Shown: piece after piece, positions 18,966 through 30,290 of the stretch
Numbering within the stretch: position 1 is the first letter of the stretch
How the letters are laid out: each line of letters opens with the position of its first letter
Source: an uncultured delta proteobacterium
GTDB taxonomy: Bacteria; Desulfobacterota; Binatia; UBA9968
Direction of reading: 5' to 3'
Length of the DNA: 64,000 bases
Assembly (NCBI GenBank): GCA_963755715.1
Contig: CAVWLW010000069.1
Location: forward strand, 96,001-160,000
Translations under genes and position numbers: made by a program
The notes under the pieces: generated by a model
What the model was told of the DNA's origin: nothing
Database searches by the model: none
What the model saw: the letters and a program-made list of their open reading frames with translations, nothing else

Positions 18966-21224
18966 ATGAGCGATCTGTATCTGATCGGCGCTTTGCCCCT
19001 GTGGCTGATCGCGCTCGTCGGTCTCGCCGCGGCGGCGCTGCTGGCGCAGCAATTTATTAACCTGCGCCAACGGCTGCCGCTCGGGCAGGCTGCCTTTCTC
19101 ACTTTACTGCGCGCTTGCGTCTATGCGGGATTGATTTTCTTTTTGCTTGGCCCGGCGTTGATCGACAAGCGCGTGACCAAGCTGCGCCGGCCGCTCACAC
19201 TGCTCGTCGACACCTCGCAGAGCATGAGCTTTCCGGCGAGCGCTAAAAGCGCGGCCGGAGACAAAGCCGCAAAGAGCCGCCTCGACCTCGTCAAAGAGAA
19301 GCTCGAAGCCGGCCCAGAGCCGCTGATCCAAAGGCTCAACCGTGATTACGATTTGCGCGTGATTCGCTTCGGCACCGGGTTGGAGTCGATCGCGCCGGGC
19401 AGTTTGGAGCGGCTGCGCGCCCAGGATCCGGGCACCCGTTTGATCGAGCTCCTACAACGCGCCGCGCGCGACGGCGCCGCGCGCTCCGGCATCGTCGTTT
19501 TCAGCGACGGCATCACCAACGGCGAAATGAAATCTCTCGATGGCGCCGCCATCGCCGCGCCGGTTTTCACCGTCGGCGTCGGCGAAACCGAAGGGTTCAC
19601 CGACGTGCGCATCGCCAAGCTCGGCGCGCCGGAATTCGCCTTTCGCGGCCGTGAATTCAAAATCGACTTGACCTTGCAAGCTTTCGGCATGAAGGGCAAA
19701 TCCGTGCCGCTCTTTTTCAACCGCGGGAAAAATCTCATCACCACTCGCGCCATCGCCATCGACGCCGATCCCTTCGAGCAGAAAGTGACACTCAGCTTCA
19801 CGCCGAAAGAATTGGGTACCCATGCGTTCTCCGTAAGCCTGCCAGTACAGCCGGGCGAGCAAATCAGCCAAAACAATCAAAAAGAGTTCAAAGTCGAGGT
19901 GCGGCGCGACAAGATCCGCGTTTTGACCTTGTCCGGATCGCCGGCGTGGAATTACCGTTTTTTGCGCATGGCGATGAAACAGGATCCATTGATCGAGCTG
20001 GTGTCGTTCGTTTTCTTGCGCACGCCCACCGATACCGTCGATGTCCCGGAAAATCAGTTGAGCCTGATCCCTTTTCCGATCGACGATATTTTTCTCGAGG
20101 AGCTGAAAAACTTCGACGTGGTCGTCCTCGATGACTTTTCGCACCGCGCCTATTTCAATCCGGTGTACTTGGAGCGGGTGCGTGACTTCGTTCGTGACGG
20201 CGGCGGACTAGCCATGTTCGGCGGCTCGCGCGCGTTCGATAGCGGCGGCTACGGCGACAGCGCCTTGCGCGATGTGCTGCCCGTCGAGCTCGACGGCAAG
20301 GGTAGCTACCAATCGCGCGGTCCGGTGCATGCGGCGCTGACCGCCGCCGGCAAAAAACATCCGATCACGCGCCTGTTGCCCGATCCCAAAGTCAACGAGG
20401 AAACCTGGAGCAAGCTGCCCGCTCTGAGCGGCTTGAATCAGGTGCACAGCGTGCGCGGCGAGACCTTGCTTACCGCAACAGGCGAAGGCTCGCAGACCGG
20501 CGCGCCGTTGCTTGCCATCGGCCGTTTCGGCAAAGGGCGGACATTGGCGTTAATGACCGACGATGCCTGGCGCTGGAACTTCATTGCCGTCGGCAACAAA
20601 GAGACGCCGCAGAATCATCTAAAGCTGATCCGTCAAGCGGTGCGCTGGCTCGCCCAAGAGCCGGCCTTCGAACAGGTCCAGTTGTATCCGATCCCGACGG
20701 CGCAGCCTGCCGAGAAGGTGATGATCAAGCTCAAAGTCTTGAACGATGATTTCACGCCGACACGACAAGCGTCGGTGCAACTTCGCGTATTCAGTCCCGA
20801 AGGCGAGCCGACGCTCGTGTCCACCGGACCCGACAGCGAAGAGGGCGAGTATAGCGGCGAATTCATTCCGACTCGCGAAGGCACTTATCGAGTCGAAGCC
20901 GAAGCCAACGCCGGCGGCAAACCCTTGGGCCGCGATAAAGCCAGCTTCACCGCGGCGTTCTCCTACGGCGAGACCGATGACGGCCTGCCGCGCCTCGATT
21001 TGTTGAAACAGATTGCCGAATCGAGCAAAGGCGAATACATCTCGATCAACGATTGGAATGAAAAGACCTTCGACAAAATCGCCGCCCGGCTCGAAACAAT
21101 CGCGCCGTCCGAGATCGTCGAACAGCGCCAGACCCGGCTCTGGAGCAACCTCTGGCCATTCGGCCTGATCCTCGCCCTGCTTAGCGTCGAATGGTGGATG
21201 CGGCGGAAGTGGGGATTGATATAA
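18966..21224 (+). CDS. Membrane protein with VWA-like and glutamine-amidotransferase-like domains
   Basis: DTSQSM, FSDG, FVRDGGGLAMFGG and WRW motifs; C-terminal EWWMRRKWGL. Confidence 0.8.
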   Translation: MSDLYLIGALPLWLIALVGLAAAALLAQQFINLRQRLPLGQAAFLTLLRACVYAGLIFFLLGPALIDKRVTKLRRPLTLLVDTSQSMSFPASAKSAAGDKAAKSRLDLVKEKLEAGPEPLIQRLNRDYDLRVIRFGTGLESIAPGSLERLRAQDPGTRLIELLQRAARDGAARSGIVVFSDGITNGEMKSLDGAAIAAPVFTVGVGETEGFTDVRIAKLGAPEFAFRGREFKIDLTLQAFGMKGKSVPLFFNRGKNLITTRAIAIDADPFEQKVTLSFTPKELGTHAFSVSLPVQPGEQISQNNQKEFKVEVRRDKIRVLTLSGSPAWNYRFLRMAMKQDPLIELVSFVFLRTPTDTVDVPENQLSLIPFPIDDIFLEELKNFDVVVLDDFSHRAYFNPVYLERVRDFVRDGGGLAMFGGSRAFDSGGYGDSALRDVLPVELDGKGSYQSRGPVHAALTAAGKKHPITRLLPDPKVNEETWSKLPALSGLNQVHSVRGETLLTATGEGSQTGAPLLAIGRFGKGRTLALMTDDAWRWNFIAVGNKETPQNHLKLIRQAVRWLAQEPAFEQVQLYPIPTAQPAEKVMIKLKVLNDDFTPTRQASVQLRVFSPEGEPTLVSTGPDSEEGEYSGEFIPTREGTYRVEAEANAGGKPLGRDKASFTAAFSYGETDDGLPRLDLLKQIAESSKGEYISINDWNEKTFDKIAARLETIAPSEIVEQRQTRLWSNLWPFGLILALLSVEWWMRRKWGLI

Positions 21225-21232
21225 ATTGAATT

Positions 21233-21285
21233 GTAGGGGCAGACCCCTGTGTCTGCCCTCCGGACGGGCAATCACGCAGGATTGC
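21233..21285. repeat. REP/REPIN-like palindromic element (second half truncated)
   Basis: GTAGGGGCAGACCCCTGTGTCTGCCC...GGGCAATCACGCAGGATTGC; same family as 41344-41404. Confidence 0.75.
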
Positions 21286-21335
21286 TGCAAACCCATAATC
21301 CAAAAACTCCAAACTATGCGCGCGTGCATCAAACA

Positions 21336-22130
21336 ATGAACGCGATATTGAGACTAAGATCCTTAGCCGTGGTGATTCTCCTATGGGCTACACCCGCTCG
21401 CGTCTTAGCCTTTTGCCACGAGCTCGACGTCGTTCAATCCGGCATCCTGCGAGTCGCCGCAAGCCCTGCTCCGCCGCTCACGCTGGAATGGATGGGCCAT
21501 TCGACTTTTCAAATCACCTCGTCAAAAGGCACGCGCGTTCTCACCGATCCGCACGGCGCCTTCGATTTGCCGCGGCCGACTTTGCCGCAGCACATCGTCA
21601 CCACCAGCCATCAGCATGGACCGCACAATAGCGTCCACATGGCTCCCGGCACACCGGTGATCCTGCACGGACTCACGCCGTCCGGAGATAACTGGCAGAA
21701 AATTTCGACGACGATTCGCGACGTGTCGGTTTACGCCGTGCCCGCCTTTCACGACAAAAGCCAAGGCATGCAGCGCGGCAAGAACGCTATCTTTGTTTTT
21801 CGCGTCGATGACATCTGCATCGCGCACCTGGGCGACCTGGGCCACATCCCGACCCCCGATCAACTCAAGATGATGGGCAAGATCGATATCTTGCTCGTGC
21901 CCATCGCCGGCGGCTACTTCACCGTGACCGCTACCGAAGCGCGCGAAGTCACCAAGCTAGTCAATCCCAAGATCGCCATCCCCATGCACTTCTGGTGGGA
22001 GCAAGCGGTCCAGGAGTACGCGCAGGGAATGGCGAAAGTAAAAACGCTCAGCACGCCGGTGCTGAAAATCTCCAAAGCGGAACTACCGACGCCGACGGAA
22101 GTCGTAATATTACCCTGGGGGCAAAGGTAG
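21336..22130 (+). CDS. Exported metallo-beta-lactamase-fold hydrolase
   Basis: WMGHSTF, TDP, SHQHGPH, HLGDLGH and IPMH motifs; signal peptide from ATG 21336. Confidence 0.85.
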   Translation: MNAILRLRSLAVVILLWATPARVLAFCHELDVVQSGILRVAASPAPPLTLEWMGHSTFQITSSKGTRVLTDPHGAFDLPRPTLPQHIVTTSHQHGPHNSVHMAPGTPVILHGLTPSGDNWQKISTTIRDVSVYAVPAFHDKSQGMQRGKNAIFVFRVDDICIAHLGDLGHIPTPDQLKMMGKIDILLVPIAGGYFTVTATEAREVTKLVNPKIAIPMHFWWEQAVQEYAQGMAKVKTLSTPVLKISKAELPTPTEVVILPWGQR

Positions 22131-22397
22131 ATGCGTGTTCGCGCTCGCCAATTTACTCCGTGTCGCCCTGCGCTCGCGTTAGCAGATTGAAAAAACTCTA
22201 TCTCGCCGGATTTCGCAACGATCAGGCACGCGAGCTGGAAAACATCCCTCTTTGCTCAAGCTCTCCGGTGAAGCGCGTTGCAGCATCAACTTCAATGCGC
22301 CCCTTGAAGCCGAAATCTTTTGTCCGCCTAGATTGATAATCTGCTCTTACCACGATAGGTGATCCAAAGAATTGAACCGTAGAAAGCGAGTCAACAC

Positions 22398-23366
22398 ATG
22401 AAAGCCATTCGAGTTCACAATCACGGCGGTCCGGAAGTTTTGACCTACGAGGACGTTCCGATTCCCGAGCCGAAGGCCGGCGAAGCGCGTGTGAAGATCG
22501 AAGCGAGCGGTCTCAACTTCATCGACATTTACCATCGTACCGGGCTCTATCCGCTAAGCCGGCCGTTCACGCTCGGCATGGAGGGTGCCGGCGTCGTCGA
22601 CGCCATCGGCGACGGCGTGACTGAAGTCAAAAAAGGCGATCGCGTCGCCTACGCGATGGTTCCGGGATCTTACGCGGAATTCGCGATTGTGCCGGCCGCG
22701 AAGCTTGTGCCGGTGCCGGCCCATATCGATGCAAAGACGGCCGCTGCGATCATGCTCCAAGGCATGACGGCGCACTCTCTTACGCACAGCACTTATCCAT
22801 TAAAAAGAGGCGACATTGCGCTCATTCATGCCGCAGCGGGAGGCGTGGGACTCTTGCTGGTTCAGCTTGCCAAAATGCGCGGCGCCAGAGTGATCGGCAC
22901 GGTGTCCACGGAAACCAAGGCCGAGCTCGCGCGCCAGGCCGGCGCGGATGAGCTTATTCTCTACACGCAGTCGGATTTTCTCGCGGAGGTGAAAAAGATC
23001 ACCAGCGGCCAAGGCGTGCACGTGGTTTACGATTCCGTCGGCGCTACCACTTTCGACAAGAGCCTCGACTGTCTCAAACCGCGCGGCTACCTCGTCCTCT
23101 TCGGCCAATCGAGCGGCCCGGTGCCGCCGTTGGATCCCGGCAAATTGGCGGCGAAGGGTTCGCTGTTCCTCACTCGACCCACCCTTTTTCATTACGTGCT
23201 CGATCGTGTCGAGCTGTTGCAACGGGCCGGCGATTTATTTTCCTGGATTCAATCGGGAGTGCTTAAGCCGCGCATCGAACGCGTTTTTCCGCTGAAGGAC
23301 GCGGCCGACGCTCAACGCCAGCTCGAGGCGCGCAAGACTACGGGGAAAGTGGTTCTCGTTCCTTAG
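22398..23366 (+). CDS. qor: NADPH:quinone oxidoreductase (zeta-crystallin type)
   Basis: [36 protein letters not shown] and TTGKVVL motifs. Confidence 0.92.
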   Translation: MKAIRVHNHGGPEVLTYEDVPIPEPKAGEARVKIEASGLNFIDIYHRTGLYPLSRPFTLGMEGAGVVDAIGDGVTEVKKGDRVAYAMVPGSYAEFAIVPAAKLVPVPAHIDAKTAAAIMLQGMTAHSLTHSTYPLKRGDIALIHAAAGGVGLLLVQLAKMRGARVIGTVSTETKAELARQAGADELILYTQSDFLAEVKKITSGQGVHVVYDSVGATTFDKSLDCLKPRGYLVLFGQSSGPVPPLDPGKLAAKGSLFLTRPTLFHYVLDRVELLQRAGDLFSWIQSGVLKPRIERVFPLKDAADAQRQLEARKTTGKVVLVP

Positions 23367-23922
23367 CCGGCGGGTTTTGGCCGCTGCGCGGCGGGCGAGG
23401 CGGGCGCGATTCGACTGAATCAGAGAATTTTTTTCGCTGTTCCGCCGTGAGCACGGCTTTCGCTTGCTCGATGGCGCGGATGCGCGCGATGCGCAGATCG
23501 GCGCGCAATTTTTCCGCTTCACGAATCTTCGCTTCCACTTTCGCAACATCCACCGTCGGGCTATCGAGCAACGCAGCAATATCTAACTCAACGATCCGCA
23601 CATCCGCTTCGTTACGAATGCTCTGGCGCTGGAAGTTATCGCGCAGTTGCTCGAGCTTCTTCACCTGCTCGGGCGACAGCCCGAGCTGTTCTTTGTAGCT
23701 CAGCATCTGTGAAATCGCCGGCCGGTTCTCGGCTGATTCACGAGCGCCGAAGCGTTCCTTCAAACGTCCGCCCCATTCCTGCAAAACTTGCTGGAGACGC
23801 TCCCAGGCATCGCTCAGATCTTCGGGCACCGCTTGCTTGAACTTTTCTGCCTCGGCGCCAATCGCGGGAGCAGCGCAGCCGACGCAGTATGCCAGAAAAC
23901 CCACAACGATCAGTCTTCCCAT
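23338..23922 (-). CDS. Spy/CpxP-like periplasmic protein
   Basis: Signal peptide; LSPEQ and LTAEQ (LTxxQ) motifs. Confidence 0.75.
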   Translation of the reverse strand: MGRLIVVGFLAYCVGCAAPAIGAEAEKFKQAVPEDLSDAWERLQQVLQEWGGRLKERFGARESAENRPAISQMLSYKEQLGLSPEQVKKLEQLRDNFQRQSIRNEADVRIVELDIAALLDSPTVDVAKVEAKIREAEKLRADLRIARIRAIEQAKAVLTAEQRKKFSDSVESRPPRPPRSGQNPPAKEREPLSP

Positions 23923-24017
23923 AAGTATTTTCTCGGTGGGCGCCCGCTCTAAAAGAATCCGCGAGGAATCAGGCCGGCCATGGTACGCAACTTGTCGTCA
24001 GCCGTCGGATTTCAAGA

Positions 24018-24851
24018 TCAAGGCCACTCCGCGACACCGAGATCAGGCAGATTGACAATATCCGCGTTCACGTCTTTGACACCTGGAATCTGCCTGATCT
24101 TGGACACGACCATTTGCTCTGAGAGCCAGCTGGGCACGGAGCCGGAGACCGCGATCTTGCCTGCCGATGCTTTGATCTCAAGTCGAGTCCGCGGCATGTC
24201 CGCAGACATTGCCAACACAGCCTTTACTTGGGAAACCAAGGCAAAATCCTCGAACGCCTGTTTCGAAGCCGGACTCATCTGATAATCCGGCAAGCGCGCA
24301 GTGTCACAGATCAGTTGTTTTGCCGTGGCGACACTCAATCGTCCCAGATTAACGACGAGATCGAATCGAGTCGGGTCGCGCCAATCGACCCCGAACATGG
24401 CGATCAGACGGCGGCTGCGAGCTTTGTCTGTTTCATCGATAAATCGGCGCGCTGCGGCTTCGCTGAACCCATGGCGCGCCCTAATTTGCTCGATGCGCTT
24501 TTCCATCGGCGCGGTCAGCAGAACTTTCAGCACATGTTTGAAACCAGGCACAAGCTCGTGCCCCAAATGTCCGTGATAAACGAGATGGCTACGACCTTCG
24601 GCAACGGCGATTTGGCAAAAGGCCGCCTGCAAGGCGATCCGGTAAGGCTCCCGGTTTTCTATGAACCGATTCCACCAGCTCGATCCTTTTTCGACGACCT
24701 CGTTCAGCTTCGCCTCCGGTATGCCGTACCTGAGGCTGGCTTCGATCAGCACTTCCCGGCTGATACAGTCACATCCCAAAGTTTCTGCCACGGCGTTGGC
24801 CAATTCTTCGCCGCTGCCCGAGGCGCCTTGATAGACAGTGATGATGGCCAT
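24018..24851 (-). CDS. Cytidylate-kinase-like family protein with C-terminal BON domain
   Basis: MAIITVYQGASGSG, DWRDPTRFDLVVN; C-terminal GKIAVSG...IPGVKDV. Confidence 0.8.
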   Translation of the reverse strand: MAIITVYQGASGSGEELANAVAETLGCDCISREVLIEASLRYGIPEAKLNEVVEKGSSWWNRFIENREPYRIALQAAFCQIAVAEGRSHLVYHGHLGHELVPGFKHVLKVLLTAPMEKRIEQIRARHGFSEAAARRFIDETDKARSRRLIAMFGVDWRDPTRFDLVVNLGRLSVATAKQLICDTARLPDYQMSPASKQAFEDFALVSQVKAVLAMSADMPRTRLEIKASAGKIAVSGSVPSWLSEQMVVSKIRQIPGVKDVNADIVNLPDLGVAEWP

Positions 24852-24937
24852 GGTTGATGTCCCCTCTCCGATAGGCCGCAATCATTAATCGTATTCGCAC
24901 AGTGAAGCGCGGCCGCGCAAGTCAATCACAGGGTTCC

Positions 24938-25468
24938 CTAGGGGCTAACTTTCAAATACGCATGATGGCGCCAGAAATAGGCCGTCATCACGGCGGCGGC
25001 CAAAAGATTTCCAACTAACACCGAGGGCCAGGCTAAAGCGTGGAGAATCGGCTCCGCGAAAATGAACGCCGCGCCAACGAAGCCGAATTCAAAGATGACA
25101 AAGAGCAGTAGGATACCAAACCCGACATCGATATTCCGCTCCGCCAATCCAAGCAGCTTGGCGGCGATGCCACCGATGACGCAGAAGACCAGTCCATGAA
25201 CCCAGGTGTAAACGAGGACCATCTCCAGTGAAATAGCCAGCGTCTGAGGTTGATCGAGTCCGGCGCCGTGACGGAACAGCGCCGTGCCCAGCACATTGGG
25301 CGTATAGAAGAGCGGGCGCCCGCTCAGAACGTCGACGAGAAAAAACCAGACCGCGATCGTGGCCGCGCCGAGGACGCCGGCTTCGATGCCTTGCCGGTAT
25401 ATGTCAGGGATTGCCGCGGTTGATGAGCCGATGACAGTAGGGCTTGAGGTGCCAGATCGAAGCGCCAT
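24938..25468 (-). CDS. Hypothetical membrane protein (about 4 TM)
   Basis: Hydrophobic ORF with GAGGA RBS. Confidence 0.7.
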   Translation of the reverse strand: MALRSGTSSPTVIGSSTAAIPDIYRQGIEAGVLGAATIAVWFFLVDVLSGRPLFYTPNVLGTALFRHGAGLDQPQTLAISLEMVLVYTWVHGLVFCVIGGIAAKLLGLAERNIDVGFGILLLFVIFEFGFVGAAFIFAEPILHALAWPSVLVGNLLAAAVMTAYFWRHHAYLKVSP

Positions 25469-25743
25469 GGAAGATCCTCCTCGGCCGACCGACGGCCTTG
25501 GTTATTCCACAACCGTTTTGTGCGCCTGCTCCGCTACCGGGGTCAACGCTAACACCCGCACCTTTACGGGTCAATGAGCGTCTCTGACGATGTCGCCGTA
25601 TGATTGTGTGCCGCTAGCGGCTACTGGGACAGGCGGCTAGCACAGCCGACGCGTAACCACGGCCGAAAAATAGTCCGCGCCCGGCTGGATTGCGACCCGG
25701 CTGCAGTTCATGTTTTAATAACTTTTACCGAAGCAGCCACATC

Positions 25744-26925
25744 ATGTTCACGCCGTTTTTCAATATCGGAATTGCCGATATCGCCGATGTTTTCGTGGTC
25801 GCGGTGCTGCTCTACACGGTCACTGCGTGGCTCAAGCAGACTCGCGCCGCGTTTATCATCAGGGGTATTTTCATCCTCGCCGCGGTTTATATCATCGCGC
25901 GCTATTTCGATCTGCAGTTGACCGCATGGTTGTTTCAGGGCTTTTTTGCGATCTTCTTGATCATTATCGTCGTCATTTTTCAGGAAGAGCTCAGACAGAT
26001 TTTCGAGCGCATCGCCGTATGGAGCTGGGCATCGAAAGGCATGCGGCCGCTGCGCTCCGATGCCGTCGATATTCTGGTCGGAACTCTCGCCGACTTAGCC
26101 AAGGATCGAATCGGCGCCTTGATCGTGATCGAAGGGAAAGATCCGATTGCCCGCCACATCCGGGGAGGCATCGAACTGGAAGGTAAAATCAGCGTGCCGC
26201 TGCTGAAAAGCATCTTCGATCCTCATTCGCCCGGCCACGACGGCGCGGTCATCATCGGCAACGAGCGCATTTCCCGCTTCGCCGCTCACTTGCCCCTTTC
26301 CAATGATTTCCGACAACTGGCTAACGTGGGCACACGCCACAGCGCCGCGCTTGGGCTCGCCGAGCTGAGCGACGCGCTGTGTATCGCCGTCTCCGAAGAA
26401 AGAGGAACTATCTCGCTGGCGCGGGACGGCCGGCTGCGACAAGTCGATAACGTGCAGGAAGTGGGATTGTTGTTGCGGAAATTTCTGCAGGAAAAGTATC
26501 CCCAGCCCGGCGAGCGGAAAATTTCTATTTCGCTGCTGCGGGAAAACTGGCTCGCCAAGCTGGTGACGTTCTCCTTGGCGCTCGGACTCTGGTATGTTCT
26601 GGTTCCCGGTTCGAGCACCGTCGAAGTGACTTATAAATTACCGGTGCAAGTGCAGAACCTGCCGCCGGACTCTCAGCTCGAAGAAGTACAGCCGCCAGAG
26701 GTAACCACGACGTTCACCGGTCCGAAACGCGCTTTTTACTTCTTCGATCCGACCCGACTCAAAGTCGTCATCGATGCATCGACCATGGAAGCGGGGCGCA
26801 GAACCTTGAGGCTCTCGGAGCAAAACATTCCGCATCCGCAGGATTTGACCCTGCAACAGCTCAATCCCACGACGATCAGAATTTCTCTGCGCAAGATTTC
26901 GCGCGAACCGGAAGAGAAAGGTTAA
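25744..26925 (+). CDS. cdaA: Diadenylate cyclase CdaA fused to a YbbR (CdaR-like) domain
   Basis: 3 TM helices, IFQEELR, HDGA, GTRHSAA and VSEERG motifs, then a further TM and a YbbR-like domain. Confidence 0.88.
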   Translation: MFTPFFNIGIADIADVFVVAVLLYTVTAWLKQTRAAFIIRGIFILAAVYIIARYFDLQLTAWLFQGFFAIFLIIIVVIFQEELRQIFERIAVWSWASKGMRPLRSDAVDILVGTLADLAKDRIGALIVIEGKDPIARHIRGGIELEGKISVPLLKSIFDPHSPGHDGAVIIGNERISRFAAHLPLSNDFRQLANVGTRHSAALGLAELSDALCIAVSEERGTISLARDGRLRQVDNVQEVGLLLRKFLQEKYPQPGERKISISLLRENWLAKLVTFSLALGLWYVLVPGSSTVEVTYKLPVQVQNLPPDSQLEEVQPPEVTTTFTGPKRAFYFFDPTRLKVVIDASTMEAGRRTLRLSEQNIPHPQDLTLQQLNPTTIRISLRKISREPEEKG

Positions 26926-26933
26926 CGCGGCGC

Positions 26934-29900
26934 CTAACGATCGGCTTGCAGGATATCGAGGATGCCGCGAATCGGCACGCCGACCCAGTCCGGTCGATTG
27001 TTCAGCTCATAGCTCAATTCATAGACCGCCTTGTAGAGCAGATGCATATCCAGCAAGGCTTTCATTTCGTCGGTGGCGGTCGGCAAAAATCCGCCGCCAC
27101 GGCTGGCTTCCAGATAGCTCTGGAGAAAAACCACCGACACCCAAAAGATCCAACCCTGGGCAAACAGCTTCAAGCGTGGCATATCTTCCGGACGAAAATC
27201 TCCGCTCTTCAAGGCGGAGAGCGCCGCGTAATCAAAGGAGCGTAGCATGCCGGCCACGTCACGCAGCGGCGAGCGTTTGCGGCGGCGCTCGCCAAGCGGT
27301 TGCGCCGGCTCGCCCTCGAAATCGGTAATGACGAAGTCCTTGCCGGTGAACAGCACCTGGCCGAGATGGTAGTCGCCGTGGCCGCGGATCCGCATTGCCG
27401 TCGTTTCTTGATCGATGACGAGTCGAAAGCGATTAAAGATCTCGTTCTTGAGCGCCAGAATCTTTTCCGCCTCAGCGCGTGCTTCTTCGGGCAACGCCTT
27501 GACCCGATCGCGCAGCAAAATGAGAGTTCGGTCCGCCAAGGTGCGCATGCTTTGATACGCCGAGCGGAGATAGAATGGCGTAAAGGGTTCGGGGGCGAAG
27601 TCGGGATCGCTGCGCTCCGAAGCCAAAGCGACGTGAAGCTCGCCGGTGCGCTGGCCCAAAAGGTGGGCCGAAGCCAGGTAAGGGCCGATCATGTGGCGCG
27701 CCTCCATGGGCACTTCCCGCTCGACGAAATCCAAAAGATGCCCGGCGGGCCGGGCTAGCTCCGCGGGTATTTCCGCCGTGGTCGAGCAGCTTTCAAAGAA
27801 ATCGCCCAGGTGATCGAGCGTGTAGCGCCAGGCGTCGCCCTCGTTTCTCACCCAGCTTTGCAGGATGCCGAGGGTGGCGCTTCGGTTGCCGCGGCGGAAC
27901 TGAAAGCTGCCGGCGAGCTTGGGCACGTGCTCAAAGGAAGTTTTTTCAGTGAGGAAAGCGCCGATCTCCAGATCGGGATTCACGCCCTCCTGCAGGCGAC
28001 GGAACATCTTGAGGATAAACCGGTCGCCATAGACGATGGAGGTGTTGCTCTGTTCTCTCTTCACAGGGTTCGGTTCCGGGATCGTGTCGGGAGAACCCCT
28101 TAGCTTGCGAAAAATCTTCGAGGGCGACGCGGCGATTTCAGATGACTTGCCGTGAAAGCTCCGCCGGCGCGAAACGGCATCGAGCAAAACCCCCAAAAAG
28201 ATTCGATCATAGAGCGCATCGAAAAGTATCCCATCGACAACTTCCTCGCCGCGGCGCGTTTTGAGCCGGGCGACAACCGCCTGCGGAGAAGACTGACTTA
28301 ATTCTGTGGCTCGTTCTCCAGAGATAAACGTGAGCGGCAGGAGATAGCTCTCGGGCTCGCCGTCGCGGTAATTGACTTCCACCACCGTCATGTATGCGGC
28401 GTCGGAATCGAAGGGAATTGAAACCGAGTCGGCGAGCGTGACCGCTCGCACTTTGCGCGCCTTGCCGCCGAACCAACGGCAGTTTTTAAGATAACCGGGG
28501 AGAATTTTTTCCAGTCGGGACTTGGTGCCGGGCGCGAGGATATTCTCCCACGGGCCGGCGACTTCAAGCGACGGTAGTTGCGCTTCATCCGCCGCGCGCG
28601 GCGCCGCGGGGTGTGCGGCCTCGAGCTTGAACCAGTAAAAGCTGTGCGGCCCCAAGGTGATAAAGTAAGGCAGGTCGCCGATGGGCGGAAATTCAGTCTG
28701 GCCGAATAGCTCCACGGGCACGCTTCCTTTGAATTCGGAAAGATCGATCTCGGCGCACTGAACGAAGCGCGACAGATTGGCCACCGTGAGGATGATCTCG
28801 TCTTGCAAGCGGCGGATAAAAACCAAAACCCGGCGGTTTTCGGGGAAATAGAAACTCGGTCGTCCCTCGGCTGAAGGCCTGATAGCGCTTGCGCAGCACG
28901 ATCAGCCGCTTCATCCACCACAGCGGCGAGCTCAGGTTCTGCTGCTGCGCCTCGACGTTGATCGCTTCGTAATGCTGCTCCGGGTCGATGATGATCGGCA
29001 GATAGAGCCGCTGCGGGTTGGCGCGGGAGAAACCGGCGTTGCGATCCGCGCTCCACTGCATCGGCGTGCGCACGCCGTTACGGTCGCCGAGGTAGAAATT
29101 ATCGCCCATGCCGATCTCGTCGCCGTAATAGATCACCGGCGTGCCGGGCAGAGAAAAGAGCAACGCGTTGAGCAGTTCGATCTTGCGGCGGTTGCCGCCC
29201 AAGAGCGGCGTCAGACGGCGGCGGATGCCGAGATTGAGCCGCGCCTTGGGATCGGTGGCGTAGACTTTGTACATGTAGTCGCGGTCCTCGTCGGTGACCA
29301 TTTCGAGGGTCAACTCGTCGTGATTGCGCAGAAACAAAGTCCACTGGCTATTGGCCGGGATCTCCGGAGTTTGATTGAGGATATCGACGATCGGAAACCG
29401 ATCTTCCATGTGCACCGACATGAAGATGCGCGGCATCACCGGGAAGTGAAAGGCCATGTGACATTCGTCGCCGGCACCGAAATAGGTGACCGCTTCTTCC
29501 GGCCATTGATTGGCCTCGGCGAGCAGCATGCGATTGCGGTACTTCTGGTCGATATGGCGGCGCAGCTCCTTTAAGAACAGATGGGTTTCCGGCAGATTCT
29601 CGCAGCTGGTGCCTTCACGCTCGAAGAGATAGGGAACGGCGTCCAAACGCAAACCGTCCACACCCATGTCCAACCAGAAATCCACCGCTTCGAAAATCGC
29701 CTGTTTGACCGCGGGATGGGCAAAATTCAGATCCGGCTGATGGGAATAAAATCGGTGCCAGTAGTAAGCTTTGGCCACCGGGTCCCATGCCCAATTGGAA
29801 GTCTCGAAGTCCTTGAAGATGATGCGCGCTTCTTTGTATTGCTCCTGATTGTCGCTCCAGACATAGTAATTGCGCTCCTTGCTGCCGGACGGCGCGCGCC

Positions 29901-30285
29901 GCGCCCGTTGAAACCACGGATGTTGATCCGACGTGTGATTGAGCACCATCTCGGTAATCACGCGCAAGCCGCGCCGATGCGCCTCATGCAGGAAAATTCT
30001 AAAATCCCTCAGCGTGCCGTAGTCGGGGTGGATTTCGGTATAGCTGGCGATGTCGTAGCCGTCGTCCTTCAACGGCGAGGGATAGAACGGCAAAAGCCAG
30101 AGCGCCGTGACGCCCAGATCGTACAGATAATCCAGCTTCTCCGTGAGCCCTTGAAAGTCACCGATGCCGTCGGCGTTGCCGTCGGAAAACGCCCGTACAT
30201 GGAGCTCATAAATGACCGCGCTCTTATACCAAAGCGGATCGTCGTCGAGGGCGAAGTCTTTCGAGTTTTTCTTTGGCCGCTCCAT
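26934..30285 (-). CDS. treS: Trehalose synthase-maltokinase fusion (+1 frameshift near 28843)
   Basis: WYKSAVIYE, RLDAVPY and FLRNHDELTLEMVT, then maltokinase motifs EQSNTS, HGDYHLGQVL and DFEGEP. Removing one base restores FPENRRVLVFIRR. Confidence 0.9.
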
Positions 30286-30290
30286 AGTCG

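Noticed and set aside
28693-28860. Programmed frameshift between TreS and maltokinase
   Set aside because: The break falls inside the TreS C-terminal domain and matches the other +1 errors; no convincing slippery site.
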